In this document: piece after piece, positions 44,899-53,761 of the stretch
Position numbering within the stretch: position 1 is the stretch's first letter
How the letters are laid out: each line of letters begins with the position of its first letter
Virus record (IMG/VR): IMGVR_UViG_3300012942_000054
Location: 1 to 53,899 of that record
Origin: a virus
Lineage: Duplodnaviria; Caudoviricetes
Length of the DNA stretch: 53,899 bases
Strand: one strand, 5' to 3'
Notes under the pieces: generated by a model
The model's input: the letters and a program-made list of their open reading frames with translations, nothing else
Told to the model about the DNA's origin: nothing
Databases searched by the model: none
Made by a program: the position numbers and the translations under genes

Positions 44899-45400
44899 AT
44901 TTTTCCTGGCCTAACTCTCCAAACTTGTCCGCAACCCAATCAACAATCGTTTTCCGCTTCCTTGCCAAAAACGGATTTAGCATATAAACCTTCCTTACTT
45001 CCCCTAAAATCAACCCGTCAAGCACATAGATAACACCAGCCCTTTTTAACCGCTCAATCAATGCAAAAAACATCCTCTCGCTCCTTATCGACAAAGCCAC
45101 CTGTAACGTCCTCGCCGAATGAGGCTGATTGTTCCTCGAATACAACAAATTCAAAGCCGTCTTCGTCATCTGTGCCATCTTACAAACCTTAGCCACGTCC
45201 GCATCATTCAATATCCCACAGATATAGTCAAATGCAACAGAATCAATATTCGCATACTCACTTGATGAAATCGTTACCAATCCCGTTTCCTCATTACGCA
45301 TCACAATAACACCCTCCGATGCCAACGTTTCCCCAGTTTCCAAATTCACATACTGACCTAAATCAATCGGAATAGCACGCCTTATCTTCCTATTCGCCAT
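44897..45400 (-). CDS. RepL-like winged-helix protein
   Basis: YVNLETGE N-terminus, L...GVI, YMLNP motif. Confidence 0.5.
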   Translation of the reverse strand: MANRKIRRAIPIDLGQYVNLETGETLASEGVIVMRNEETGLVTISSSEYANIDSVAFDYICGILNDADVAKVCKMAQMTKTALNLLYSRNNQPHSARTLQVALSIRSERMFFALIERLKRAGVIYVLDGLILGEVRKVYMLNPFLARKRKTIVDWVADKFGELGQEK

Positions 45401-45798
45401 ATTTAATAATATTACTATTTAACAAAACTTTTGACACAAAAATAGCAGTAGCCCCCGTTATAGGTACTGCTAAAAATAGCAGTTCGGGCAACATGCCTCT
45501 ATTGCCCACCCAGCAACGCATACAGCCCCTTTTAAACGGTTTTCGTACTTATTCTTATTTAGGAACAGTCAATACCGTGAAAATCATTACCCCTTTTCTT
45601 AATCATATATATATGTTTAATCCGCAGTTTGGCAAGTTGAAAAAATAATTGTGGGGACTATTGAGCCGGATTGCCCAATAGTGCAGCCCGGATAAAGTTG
45701 AAATTCTTGCTGTCATTTTGAATTAATGACTATTAAGTCAAAGACATTCAGTCACTTAGCCTTATTAAAATGAGTAACAAATGTGCAACAAAAGATGT

Positions 45799-46398
45799 TT
45801 AAATATCTTCGTGTGTAATATCTTCTGTGTCCTGTTCTATTGCCTTGCCAGATTGCAGCCACTTGGGAGGCTCTTTTAGTTGTAAAGTATGCTCTATTTG
45901 CTTTACGTCCTGATAGCGGCTATTATTAACTAAATAGAACTTGGCAGCGTTATCGGTCAAGATGCCGTTATGCTGTCGTTTTAACGTGTGATAGGTTACG
46001 AAGTCCTTGACAAGGCGCGCGACTAAAGAATAGTCTTGGAAACCATCTTTACCTAAAAGGTATTCGTCGAATGTTACAAAGGTTATCCCGGCGAAAAGAC
46101 AAAATGATTCTATTGTTATAGGCTCTGGCTTATTAACGATTAGTGGCGTTCCTTCTCTCGTGGGTATGTTACATTGAATGTCTTCGGTTCGCGGTGTTAT
46201 CCATTCGCTCCACTCATTAAATGCATCCAACATTTGTTGCGCCGATTTGATCGCTCTTGGTTTTCCGATTTTGTTAGTTGCGATCCGTTGCATTGCTTCG
46301 CTGATTTTTTTTTTGAGTTCTTCGGGCGAAATGTCGGGCGGTTGATGCTGCTGTTTTTGTAGTTGTTTTTTTTTATCGTTGTTCATATTGTAATACAT
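45799..46398 (-). CDS. terS: terminase small subunit (gp3-packaging-like)
   Basis: GKPRAIKS..QM...F.EW, PITIESFCLFAGI, AKFYLVN; first gene of the late strand. Confidence 0.65.
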   Translation of the reverse strand: MYYNMNNDKKKQLQKQQHQPPDISPEELKKKISEAMQRIATNKIGKPRAIKSAQQMLDAFNEWSEWITPRTEDIQCNIPTREGTPLIVNKPEPITIESFCLFAGITFVTFDEYLLGKDGFQDYSLVARLVKDFVTYHTLKRQHNGILTDNAAKFYLVNNSRYQDVKQIEHTLQLKEPPKWLQSGKAIEQDTEDITHEDI

Positions 46399-46413
46399 TT
46401 TGTTTTAATATGA

Positions 46414-46455
46414 CAAAGATACGATTTTTATTGTAAATGCGACTTGGTTGCGTTT
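46414..46455 (-). promoter_or_regulatory. TAnnTTTG promoter plus palindromic operator
   Basis: TATCTTTG (46414-21) lies 13 nt from AAATGCGAC-TTG-GTTGCGTTT (46435-55). Confidence 0.75.
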
Positions 46456-46814
46456 GCGGTTCGGCGTTCGGGTGGTTGTTTGCGGTAAAATAAATGTGTT
46501 GAGATGTTTGGTTTTGTGGTGGATATTTTGTATTGATTGTTACCGGTTATGTTGCTGATTAGAACCGGATGTGCGCGAGGAATGTTTTAAAATAAATTTG
46601 GTAGTTTGGTTATTTTTTCGTATAACAATTTAGACCTGCTTTGGTCTTTTTTTTTATTTGGTTTTTCAGTTGTTTTCTTTGGTTATTTTGGTTGTAAGTT
46701 ACTGTTTATTATTGTCTTACTATTATTAGTAAAGAATGTTTATAATGTATTGATTGCCAATAAAAACTTTTTAAAATAATAGTCAAAATGTTTTACGGTT
46801 TCGGTATTTTGTTG

Positions 46815-46822
46815 TATCTTTG
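46815..46822 (+). promoter_or_regulatory. early promoter -7 element TATCTTTG
   Basis: Precedes the + strand early cluster; no palindrome nearby. Confidence 0.6.
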
Positions 46823-46880
46823 TGTCAACAAAGCGAGGGAATAAATGCCTTGTAATTTTCAAACAAAAAAACAAAGAACT

Positions 46881-47228
46881 ATGAGTAATTATAATAGAGT
46901 AATACCGAGGGATTTTTTTAATGAAGCCAAATTATTAAAATGTATGGGCTTTTTGGCATTAAACATTCTAAACGGAACATTGCCGGATGGCATAAATGTA
47001 GAAATTGAAGAACCTGGCGAACCATTTGACATTCATCTGATGGACGATGGCAGCCTTTACATTGCAAATTATATGACTACCTTTAATAATGTGCCGGTTA
47101 TTTTTAAAACTACTTACAATTCAAAAGACCCTTATCCCTTTTTTTTAGAACATGATTATTGCGATTATAAAGTTTTTAATGATGATGGCACTTTTTCAAA
47201 CGAATTTAAAAGCCTAAAACTATACTAA
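46881..47228 (+). CDS. hypothetical early protein
   Basis: ATG 46881, YNRVIPRDFFNEAKLLKC. Confidence 0.75.
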   Translation: MSNYNRVIPRDFFNEAKLLKCMGFLALNILNGTLPDGINVEIEEPGEPFDIHLMDDGSLYIANYMTTFNNVPVIFKTTYNSKDPYPFFLEHDYCDYKVFNDDGTFSNEFKSLKLY

Positions 47229-47275
47229 ATAAAACTAACCCACTAAACGAGCCGGGCAACGCTCCCGGAATTAAA

Positions 47276-48223
47276 ATGAAAAATTTACAATCAATCATCA
47301 ACAAGTACAGCACACTTCAACATAATGAAGATAATTACAGTGTAGGCGGCGGCCTAACAGATGGCAAATTCGCTTCAAACCGGCACGAAGATGCGAAGAC
47401 AGATGCCGGTAAGTTGACATTTGGCCAAGCTGCACAAATGTTTAAAAAAGCAACCGGCAAAGATACGGATTACGTTAATAGTATCTTTGACATTGCAGTA
47501 CCATTCCCCGAATGGCATCACGCCGGTAAATTGCCTAACCAGTACGGCGGTGGCATGAAAAAAACCTACTTTTTAAATTCGGCTCAAATTGTGGATATTG
47601 CCGAAAATTGGGGAAAGTACGAGCAAAAACTAAAAGAAAGGCAGTCCGAAAATGAAGCGATAAAAAACGCATCAAAAAACGCTGAATTGTTCGCTAAAGC
47701 ATACGGTCAAACCTTTTCCCGGTCAAAGCATGCGCCAGAATTTTCCGTAATAAAAGATGAGGAAATGCAGGGTAAGTACGGCTGGTTTGCCGCTTCATAT
47801 ACATATAACTTAACCCGTTATTATTCTGGGATTGAGTTTAAAAGCAAAGCATTATTGCAGAAATATCACAACATATTATCCGGGAATATATTACCGACAA
47901 AGCAAACGGTAAGGGGGTGGGAGAAAAAAGCCGAAATTATTACAGCAGAAAGAGCGCAAATAGCGGCTAAACTTAAAGAACAACGGGAGGCGGCGGAAAA
48001 AGAAAGAGCAGCGAAAGAACAGGCAGAAAAAGAGGCAGAGGAAAAAAGGATCGCATCCGAAAAGGCAGAAAAAATAGCTAACTTGAAAAAAGCAATAAGT
48101 GCCGGCGGCGATGCTTTATTGGAGTGGAAAAAAGCCGGATGCCCGCACCCTGCACCGGTTGAAGTCTATAACTTGAAGCAAAAAAGCGGCTTAGGCTGGA
48201 ATACATTTGCAAGGACAATTTAA
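47276..48223 (+). CDS. hypothetical early protein
   Basis: 315 aa, PEWHH motif, E/K/A coiled coil. Confidence 0.8.
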   Translation: MKNLQSIINKYSTLQHNEDNYSVGGGLTDGKFASNRHEDAKTDAGKLTFGQAAQMFKKATGKDTDYVNSIFDIAVPFPEWHHAGKLPNQYGGGMKKTYFLNSAQIVDIAENWGKYEQKLKERQSENEAIKNASKNAELFAKAYGQTFSRSKHAPEFSVIKDEEMQGKYGWFAASYTYNLTRYYSGIEFKSKALLQKYHNILSGNILPTKQTVRGWEKKAEIITAERAQIAAKLKEQREAAEKERAAKEQAEKEAEEKRIASEKAEKIANLKKAISAGGDALLEWKKAGCPHPAPVEVYNLKQKSGLGWNTFARTI

Positions 48224-48373
48224 TACCACCGGGGGACAAAAAAGCCCCCGTTAAGGACGAGGGCAACCTAAAGTTAATGAGCACTACGGAATAATCCTTG
48301 TTGTCAATTCTATTAAAGAATTGACAACAGACACTCGATAGTGCGCAAGTTACGCATTTAAACAGAAAAAAAA

Positions 48374-48667
48374 ATGGCAGGCAATAAGCATTGGACGTCC
48401 GAACAGGTAGAATATCTTGATCGCAATTATCGAAATAACGATATTGAAGACTTAAAGAAGAATATCGGCCGGAGCGCAGATGCTATTCGTTGGAAGGCTG
48501 CTAAAATGGGGCTATTACTCCGGGATGGTCGTAAGTTTAACGGGCTAAAAAAGATAACAGTTAGCGTTACGCCTGAACATTACGAGTACTTAAAGGCTCA
48601 TTCATTCAACCAGTCGGATGTAATTCGCAAAGCACTAGAAGTGTACATAAAAACGAACAAGAAATAA
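48374..48667 (+). CDS. two-domain regulator (Myb/SANT-like HTH plus ribbon-helix-helix)
   Basis: WTSEQVEYL...GRS..AI..KA.KMGL and KITVSVTPEHYEYL...SDVIRKALE. Confidence 0.65.
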   Translation: MAGNKHWTSEQVEYLDRNYRNNDIEDLKKNIGRSADAIRWKAAKMGLLLRDGRKFNGLKKITVSVTPEHYEYLKAHSFNQSDVIRKALEVYIKTNKK

Positions 48668-48734
48668 AATATTTTAAACCATTCCGGGACACCCCCGGAT
48701 AAAAAGCGTACCGGCCACCGTTAGCCGGATTGAA

Positions 48735-48947
48735 ATGAAAAAGACAATCGAAGCAGAAAATGTGAATTTCGCTATTAAAAACACAGAAAAATATCTTGAG
48801 GCGGCAGGGTTTAACACATCGGGTAGCGATATAAGAAGATGCACAACAGAGCAGGGATATTGCGAAAGGTTTAATAAACCGGATGCGGAAGCATGGGTTT
48901 CCTACATTCATAAAAACAAATTTGAGATTGAGATACTTAAATACTAA
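48735..48947 (+). CDS. hypothetical protein
   Basis: ORF. Confidence 0.6.
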   Translation: MKKTIEAENVNFAIKNTEKYLEAAGFNTSGSDIRRCTTEQGYCERFNKPDAEAWVSYIHKNKFEIEILKY

Positions 48948-49019
48948 TCTTAACCTTTAATCGCACCAAAGGGGCGCAAGCCCCAGCGGAATTTTTAACT
49001 AACAAAAAAAAATTTAATT

Positions 49020-49262
49020 ATGAAATTTTCAGACAACATTATTAGGGAAAATTTAGATATGGTTTTTGTGAAACGCTCGAGCGCAGAAATGGAAGCCAGA
49101 GATGAATATAATTCCAACCTATGGGATGTCGAAAAAGAAGGTATTTCTTTCGACAAAGCGACACAAACAAAAGTAAATCTATTTTCAACGCCCGCAAGGG
49201 ATGTTAAAATAGGAGAAAACATTTACAATAAAAAAAGGCGATTTTATAGCTTATCGCAGTAA
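49020..49262 (+). CDS. hypothetical protein
   Basis: ORF. Confidence 0.6.
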   Translation: MKFSDNIIRENLDMVFVKRSSAEMEARDEYNSNLWDVEKEGISFDKATQTKVNLFSTPARDVKIGENIYNKKRRFYSLSQ

Positions 49263-49285
49263 TTTAAAAATTAAACCCCCGCCAC

Positions 49286-49317
49286 AAAAAAGGGCTGCCG
49301 GAGGCAACCGGCAGCCC
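49286..49317 (-). terminator. minus-strand intrinsic terminator
   Basis: GGGCTGCCGG-6 nt-CCGGCAGCCC followed by T6 on the minus strand. Confidence 0.7.
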
Positions 49318-49354
49318 AACGATTAAAAATTTCTAACAACTAAAACAAATAATC

Positions 49355-49705
49355 ATGACAAAAGTACAATTAAAAAATGAATTACCATTCTATACGGTTA
49401 CAACCGCTTGCGGCTTATCATTAGAAGCGCCGACCGGTACTGGAATGCGATTAAATGCAATCGGAAATCTTTCATCAACCCTAACTAAAAAAGCAAACAA
49501 AATAATATATGATGTGTTTTTTAGTAAGGAGGTTCAGGAATTTGAATTTAAAAATCATGAAAGGCTAACTACTGGATATATAAACCAAAGCAAAATTTAT
49601 TCTTACCGGGAATTTGTCATATCAGAATATAATAAGGGGTTGCCTATTAATACCCCCGTACCCCCCGCAGAAAAAAAAAGAGCCCCGAAGCACTTTTACA
49701 AATAG
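49355..49705 (+). CDS. hypothetical protein (possible N-terminal part of a frameshifted gene)
   Basis: Ends shortly after an A9 run at 49671-79. Confidence 0.6.
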   Translation: MTKVQLKNELPFYTVTTACGLSLEAPTGTGMRLNAIGNLSSTLTKKANKIIYDVFFSKEVQEFEFKNHERLTTGYINQSKIYSYREFVISEYNKGLPINTPVPPAEKKRAPKHFYK

Positions 49706-50897
49706 GGAAAATACCCGAATTTACAAAAACATTCGTGGTGGGTGGACAGGCGAAACACATTTAAATGTAAACGGGAAAAGTTGGGTAATTACCACCATGA
49801 AGCGATATAGCGGTAAAATAGGCACACATTGCCATATCGTAAAAGATAGCGGTAACGGTTGTTATACATATTCACCGCTTGGTCAAGATAAAAATGAAAG
49901 TTTTTATCTAAATGAAACCGTCGGAAAATCCACCGAAAAAAAGATTAAAGAAATACATTTTAAAAGCCTTGCAGATTTTGACGCTAAAGCAGAAGCCGGC
50001 GAACTCCCGGAAGCTAAAAAAGAATATGAAATAAAAGTAGGGCAGATAATTTTTACCGACAGAATTCAACACGATAACCGGCAGGAAAGAGTAATTTACG
50101 AAATCGAAAATGGGCGGTTTGGGTTTACTTATAAATCTGTTTTGCTGGACGGTAGTAAGACTATGCTTGACGACCGCCTAACCCCCTGGAGTAAAAAATT
50201 TGGGATAGGCGTATATTTTAAAGAGGGCGAAATTTTGGAGCAGGACGAAATAAACAATTTACTTATATCTGCTCATAAGAATATGAAACAGGCGGAAGCA
50301 TTGCGAAAAGTTCAGGAGCAAATAAACTGGGAGCAACGGGAAGAAAAAGAAAAATATCTAAGCCAGTTCAGACAGGCAGACCGGCGAAAGACTACCAGTA
50401 TTATTAAGCGCCACATTTTAAAGACATGGCCAGAGGTGCGCAAGGTTGAGGTTAAGACAGACGTTTACTCAGGTGGCAGCAGTATGGATGTTCGGTATTA
50501 TTCCCCTGAGCGCATCAATGCTTTAGACTCTTTTATTGACACGTTCCAATATGGTAGATTTAACAGCATGGAAGACATATACGAATATAGCGGCCATGAT
50601 GCGCCAATTATTGACGGGTATATTTTACAGACTTACAAATACTGTTCTACTGATTGGGAGGAGGATAATACACCCCTCCCGGAGAAAAAAGAGAATGCAG
50701 CACCGGAAGTCATTACAGGGGCTATCGTGTCGCATAATGACGAAAAAAACGGCATAGAAATAACCTTTGCGAGCAATCCAGGCAGAGATGTAATTAATAA
50801 TCTGAAAGCTGCCGGATTCCGGTGGTCATGCCGGTTAAAATTGTGGTACGCTAAGCAATCGGAAGAAACTAAAGCCTTTGCGGAGCGATTCAAATAA
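49614..50897 (+). CDS. polyvalent-protein-like multidomain protein (LPD29-like)
   Basis: V..DVYSGGSSMDV...FQYGRFNSMEDIYEY; C-terminal LKAAGFRW...WY; no ATG until 49797. Confidence 0.65.
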   Translation: MSYQNIIRGCLLIPPYPPQKKKEPRSTFTNRENTRIYKNIRGGWTGETHLNVNGKSWVITTMKRYSGKIGTHCHIVKDSGNGCYTYSPLGQDKNESFYLNETVGKSTEKKIKEIHFKSLADFDAKAEAGELPEAKKEYEIKVGQIIFTDRIQHDNRQERVIYEIENGRFGFTYKSVLLDGSKTMLDDRLTPWSKKFGIGVYFKEGEILEQDEINNLLISAHKNMKQAEALRKVQEQINWEQREEKEKYLSQFRQADRRKTTSIIKRHILKTWPEVRKVEVKTDVYSGGSSMDVRYYSPERINALDSFIDTFQYGRFNSMEDIYEYSGHDAPIIDGYILQTYKYCSTDWEEDNTPLPEKKENAAPEVITGAIVSHNDEKNGIEITFASNPGRDVINNLKAAGFRWSCRLKLWYAKQSEETKAFAERFK

Positions 50898-50957
50898 TCA
50901 TTACCACCCCGGCACGTGGCTAAACTGCCTTTATTTATTAATTCAAAAACATTAAAC

Positions 50958-51212
50958 ATGACAACTTTAAATAGCTCTATAAAAAACTGGTATCAGTCGG
51001 CTTATGGCTTCGGGGCAGGCGCTGGATATATACGAAAAAACCTACAATTTAAAACCGTATTGGAAAAGATGATAAAAGGGGAAGATTTTTATCAAATTGT
51101 TTTTACGAATGGGTTTGCTGACAGCATAATCAGGGAGCGAATATTTGAAAAGCTCGCCGAATTATCCGGGAAATCTTACAATAAAATATATGACATTTGG
51201 CTAAACGCTTAA
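50958..51212 (+). CDS. hypothetical protein
   Basis: ATG 50958; DSIIRERIFEKLAE. Confidence 0.7.
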   Translation: MTTLNSSIKNWYQSAYGFGAGAGYIRKNLQFKTVLEKMIKGEDFYQIVFTNGFADSIIRERIFEKLAELSGKSYNKIYDIWLNA

Positions 51213-51231
51213 CTCAAAAACATTTAATATC

Positions 51232-51501
51232 ATGCAAGATAACTTCAAAACGGTAACGGTTAAATTTAAAAACCCGATATACAATTATCAAACGAGCGTT
51301 GGTGCTGAATGTTCAGACAGTGAAATAAGCCGGTATTTTGTTGGACAATGGTTTAATGTCGGCGTTTACCCGGTTGAAAATATGCAACAATGTTGCGGTA
51401 TTGAAATTTTAACACCGTCCAACCAGTTCCCGGCAGTTCCAAGGCCAATAACAGAACATCAACAAAATTGTATTTTAAACAACGGACAAAAGGAGGATTA
51501 A
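51232..51501 (+). CDS. hypothetical protein
   Basis: ORF. Confidence 0.7.
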   Translation: MQDNFKTVTVKFKNPIYNYQTSVGAECSDSEISRYFVGQWFNVGVYPVENMQQCCGIEILTPSNQFPAVPRPITEHQQNCILNNGQKED

Positions 51502-51504
51502 ATT

Positions 51505-52602
51505 ATGGCAATTCATATCAGAGCCCGACAAATTTCCGGGGGGCGGCAATCTCTTTACATTGACAAAGGAACGGCAGCCGAACGATTTAGAAGCCTGAAT
51601 TTATACTTAAATCCGGGCAACGACAAAGCCACAAAACAGGCGAACAAAGAAGCCTTAGCCCTCGCCAAACAAAAAGCGGCCAAAATAGAGCGGGAAATGT
51701 CCTTGCCGGAACTTTACACCCCTGATGAATTAAACCGGCTGAAATGGCAGGAAAACGGGCAAATCGGGGTATTGTCTTTCATTCAGGCAAACGCCCGGAA
51801 AAAGAAAGAAAGCAATTATCAAGTTTGGATGGCAACCGCAAAGCAATTAAAGCGGTGCTGGGGGGGTACGGAGAAAAAATTCCGGGACTTAACCCTATTG
51901 GACGTGGACGAGTTTCAGGATTATTTACTAAATACTGCCATTTGCGCACGGACAAAGAAACCGATTAGCCACAATTCGGCAGCCTGTTACTTCGCTACTT
52001 TCAAAAGCATTTTAACTGATGCTTTCAGGGGTAATTACCTTTATGAAGATTTAGCCAGTCAGGCGGGCAAGATTGCCCCGAAAGAAGTTAACCGGGAGTA
52101 TCTTACCATTGATGAATTAAGACGGCTTAAAGTAACCTTTTGCAGCTATTCGGGGTTGAAACGCATGGCTTTGTTTTCAGCCTATACCGGTTTACGCTGG
52201 TCTGATGTGTCGAAACTGAAAGTTAGCGAACTGAAACAAACGCCGGACGGCTGGGTCATTGATTTTGAACAAAAGAAAACCGGACGAGAAGAGATATTAC
52301 CCATATCTGATGATGCTTATAACTTGTTGCCCATACCCCCCCGGGGAGAAAAAATCTTTACCCATGTGGATTACAAAGACATGCAGAAACCGTTAAAATC
52401 ATGGATGGAGGGGGCGGGAATAAAAAAGCATATCACATTCCATTCGTTCCGGCACTCGTTCGCCATGAATATGTTAGCCAATAAGGTTGACATTGTTACT
52501 ATCAGTTCAATGTTAGGCCATGCTTCAATTAGCACTACACAAGTTTATGCACGAGCATTAGCGGCAGAGAAAAGGGCAGCCACTCTGCAAATAAAAATTT
52601 AG
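51505..52602 (+). CDS. int: tyrosine recombinase/integrase
   Basis: TGLRWSD, KKT, HSFRHSF, LGH, TQVY catalytic residues; arm-binding-like N-terminus. Confidence 0.93.
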   Translation: MAIHIRARQISGGRQSLYIDKGTAAERFRSLNLYLNPGNDKATKQANKEALALAKQKAAKIEREMSLPELYTPDELNRLKWQENGQIGVLSFIQANARKKKESNYQVWMATAKQLKRCWGGTEKKFRDLTLLDVDEFQDYLLNTAICARTKKPISHNSAACYFATFKSILTDAFRGNYLYEDLASQAGKIAPKEVNREYLTIDELRRLKVTFCSYSGLKRMALFSAYTGLRWSDVSKLKVSELKQTPDGWVIDFEQKKTGREEILPISDDAYNLLPIPPRGEKIFTHVDYKDMQKPLKSWMEGAGIKKHITFHSFRHSFAMNMLANKVDIVTISSMLGHASISTTQVYARALAAEKRAATLQIKI

Positions 52603-52617
52603 TTCTAAAACAATCCG

Positions 52618-52647
52618 TACATTTGCAAATGCGACTATGTCGCATTA
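52618..52647 (+). promoter_or_regulatory. TAnnTTTG promoter with the palindromic operator over the start site
   Basis: TACATTTG (52618-25) then AAATGCGAC-TAT-GTCGCATTA (52627-47). Confidence 0.7.
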
Positions 52648-52660
52648 AATCAATAGAGCA

Positions 52661-53161
52661 ATGTACGATTTTAGAAAGCCCAAAAAGCCGGGAATACCAA
52701 TTAAAAGCAAAGCTGGATATTCCCAGTTTAATATTGAGTACCCCTCCGGGAAAAAAGAAAGAGCGTTTGGCGTTGTTTGGAAAATAAACGGGAAATACTT
52801 TTTTGATAAAATCCCCGACAACGGCAAGCGTATTGATTGGGTAGAGCGATGGAATAATTGGGAATACGCACCCCGAAAGGTCAGCAGCAAAGAGGAAATA
52901 ATGGAGATTGCTCAAAACAGCAAAGATAATTTCAGGGAGTTTCAGCATTATTGGGTGCTTCGGAATTGCCCTGAAATTACCAAAAATTACCATCAATGTT
53001 GGGACACGTCAAAAGTAAAAAAAGAAGAAATCGAACAGTACGAAAAAGAGTTATATCGTTATGAACACAAAACAGAAATCCAACGAGAAATCAGAATCAA
53101 GAATAGAGAAAGGATGGAAAAGAAACGGTTCGAAAGGGAGAACAAATATCCCAAATCATAG
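52661..53161 (+). CDS. hypothetical basic protein
   Basis: ORF after the promoter. Confidence 0.7.
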   Translation: MYDFRKPKKPGIPIKSKAGYSQFNIEYPSGKKERAFGVVWKINGKYFFDKIPDNGKRIDWVERWNNWEYAPRKVSSKEEIMEIAQNSKDNFREFQHYWVLRNCPEITKNYHQCWDTSKVKKEEIEQYEKELYRYEHKTEIQREIRIKNRERMEKKRFERENKYPKS

Positions 53162-53468
53162 TCCTGCCAAAATAATTACCGGCATTCGCATTCCTGCGCC
53201 ATTAAGGAACGCAATGGATATAGAATATGAAAGCCTGACAGATAATATCGTCCGGCTGGTTGAGCAAGATTTACAAGCTCAAACATTACCAAAGATTGAA
53301 GGTTGCAATATCATGTCCTGCTTCATTCGCCGGTCAAACAGTTATAGCGCTTATGTGTTCGGAATGCACAAAAGAACTAAAGAGCGCCTTTACAAAGGGT
53401 TTCAGGGATTCAATACCCGCACCGAGGCAATAGAGGCAGCTATGAATTATATTAAAAATCCAGAATAA
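53061..53468 (+). CDS. ribbon-helix-helix-containing protein (start uncertain)
   Basis: IITGIRIPAPLRNAM...LTDNIVRLVEQDL. Confidence 0.5.
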   Translation: MNTKQKSNEKSESRIEKGWKRNGSKGRTNIPNHSPAKIITGIRIPAPLRNAMDIEYESLTDNIVRLVEQDLQAQTLPKIEGCNIMSCFIRRSNSYSAYVFGMHKRTKERLYKGFQGFNTRTEAIEAAMNYIKNPE

Positions 53469-53470
53469 TT

Positions 53471-53761
53471 ATGAATACCGCCGACTTGCAAATACAGATT
53501 CACAATTACGAATTGGAGGTATATATGCTCCGAAGCGAACTAAGAGATGTAAAGGCACAAACGCAATATGCCAATCAAAAATGCAACTCGCTAGAAAAAG
53601 AAACCAGAACGCTGAAAAAGGAGTTATGGCAGACGAATAATGTTATATCTTTGCAAAGCGAAAAACTTAAAAAAGTTTCAGGGAAAGCCCGGTTTTCAAC
53701 GGTCGCAATCTTCGTTATTTTGGTACTTTTGTTTTACCTGTTTGCCCAAATAATCCGCTAA
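53471..53761 (+). CDS. coiled-coil protein with C-terminal TM
   Basis: Heptad pattern followed by VAIFVILVLLFYLF. Confidence 0.65.
   Translation: MNTADLQIQIHNYELEVYMLRSELRDVKAQTQYANQKCNSLEKETRTLKKELWQTNNVISLQSEKLKKVSGKARFSTVAIFVILVLLFYLFAQIIR

Noticed and set aside
51505-52602. Integron integrase IntI serving the attC-like array
   Set aside because: It has an arm-binding-type N-terminus and I saw no IntI-specific insertion; not adjacent to the array within this window
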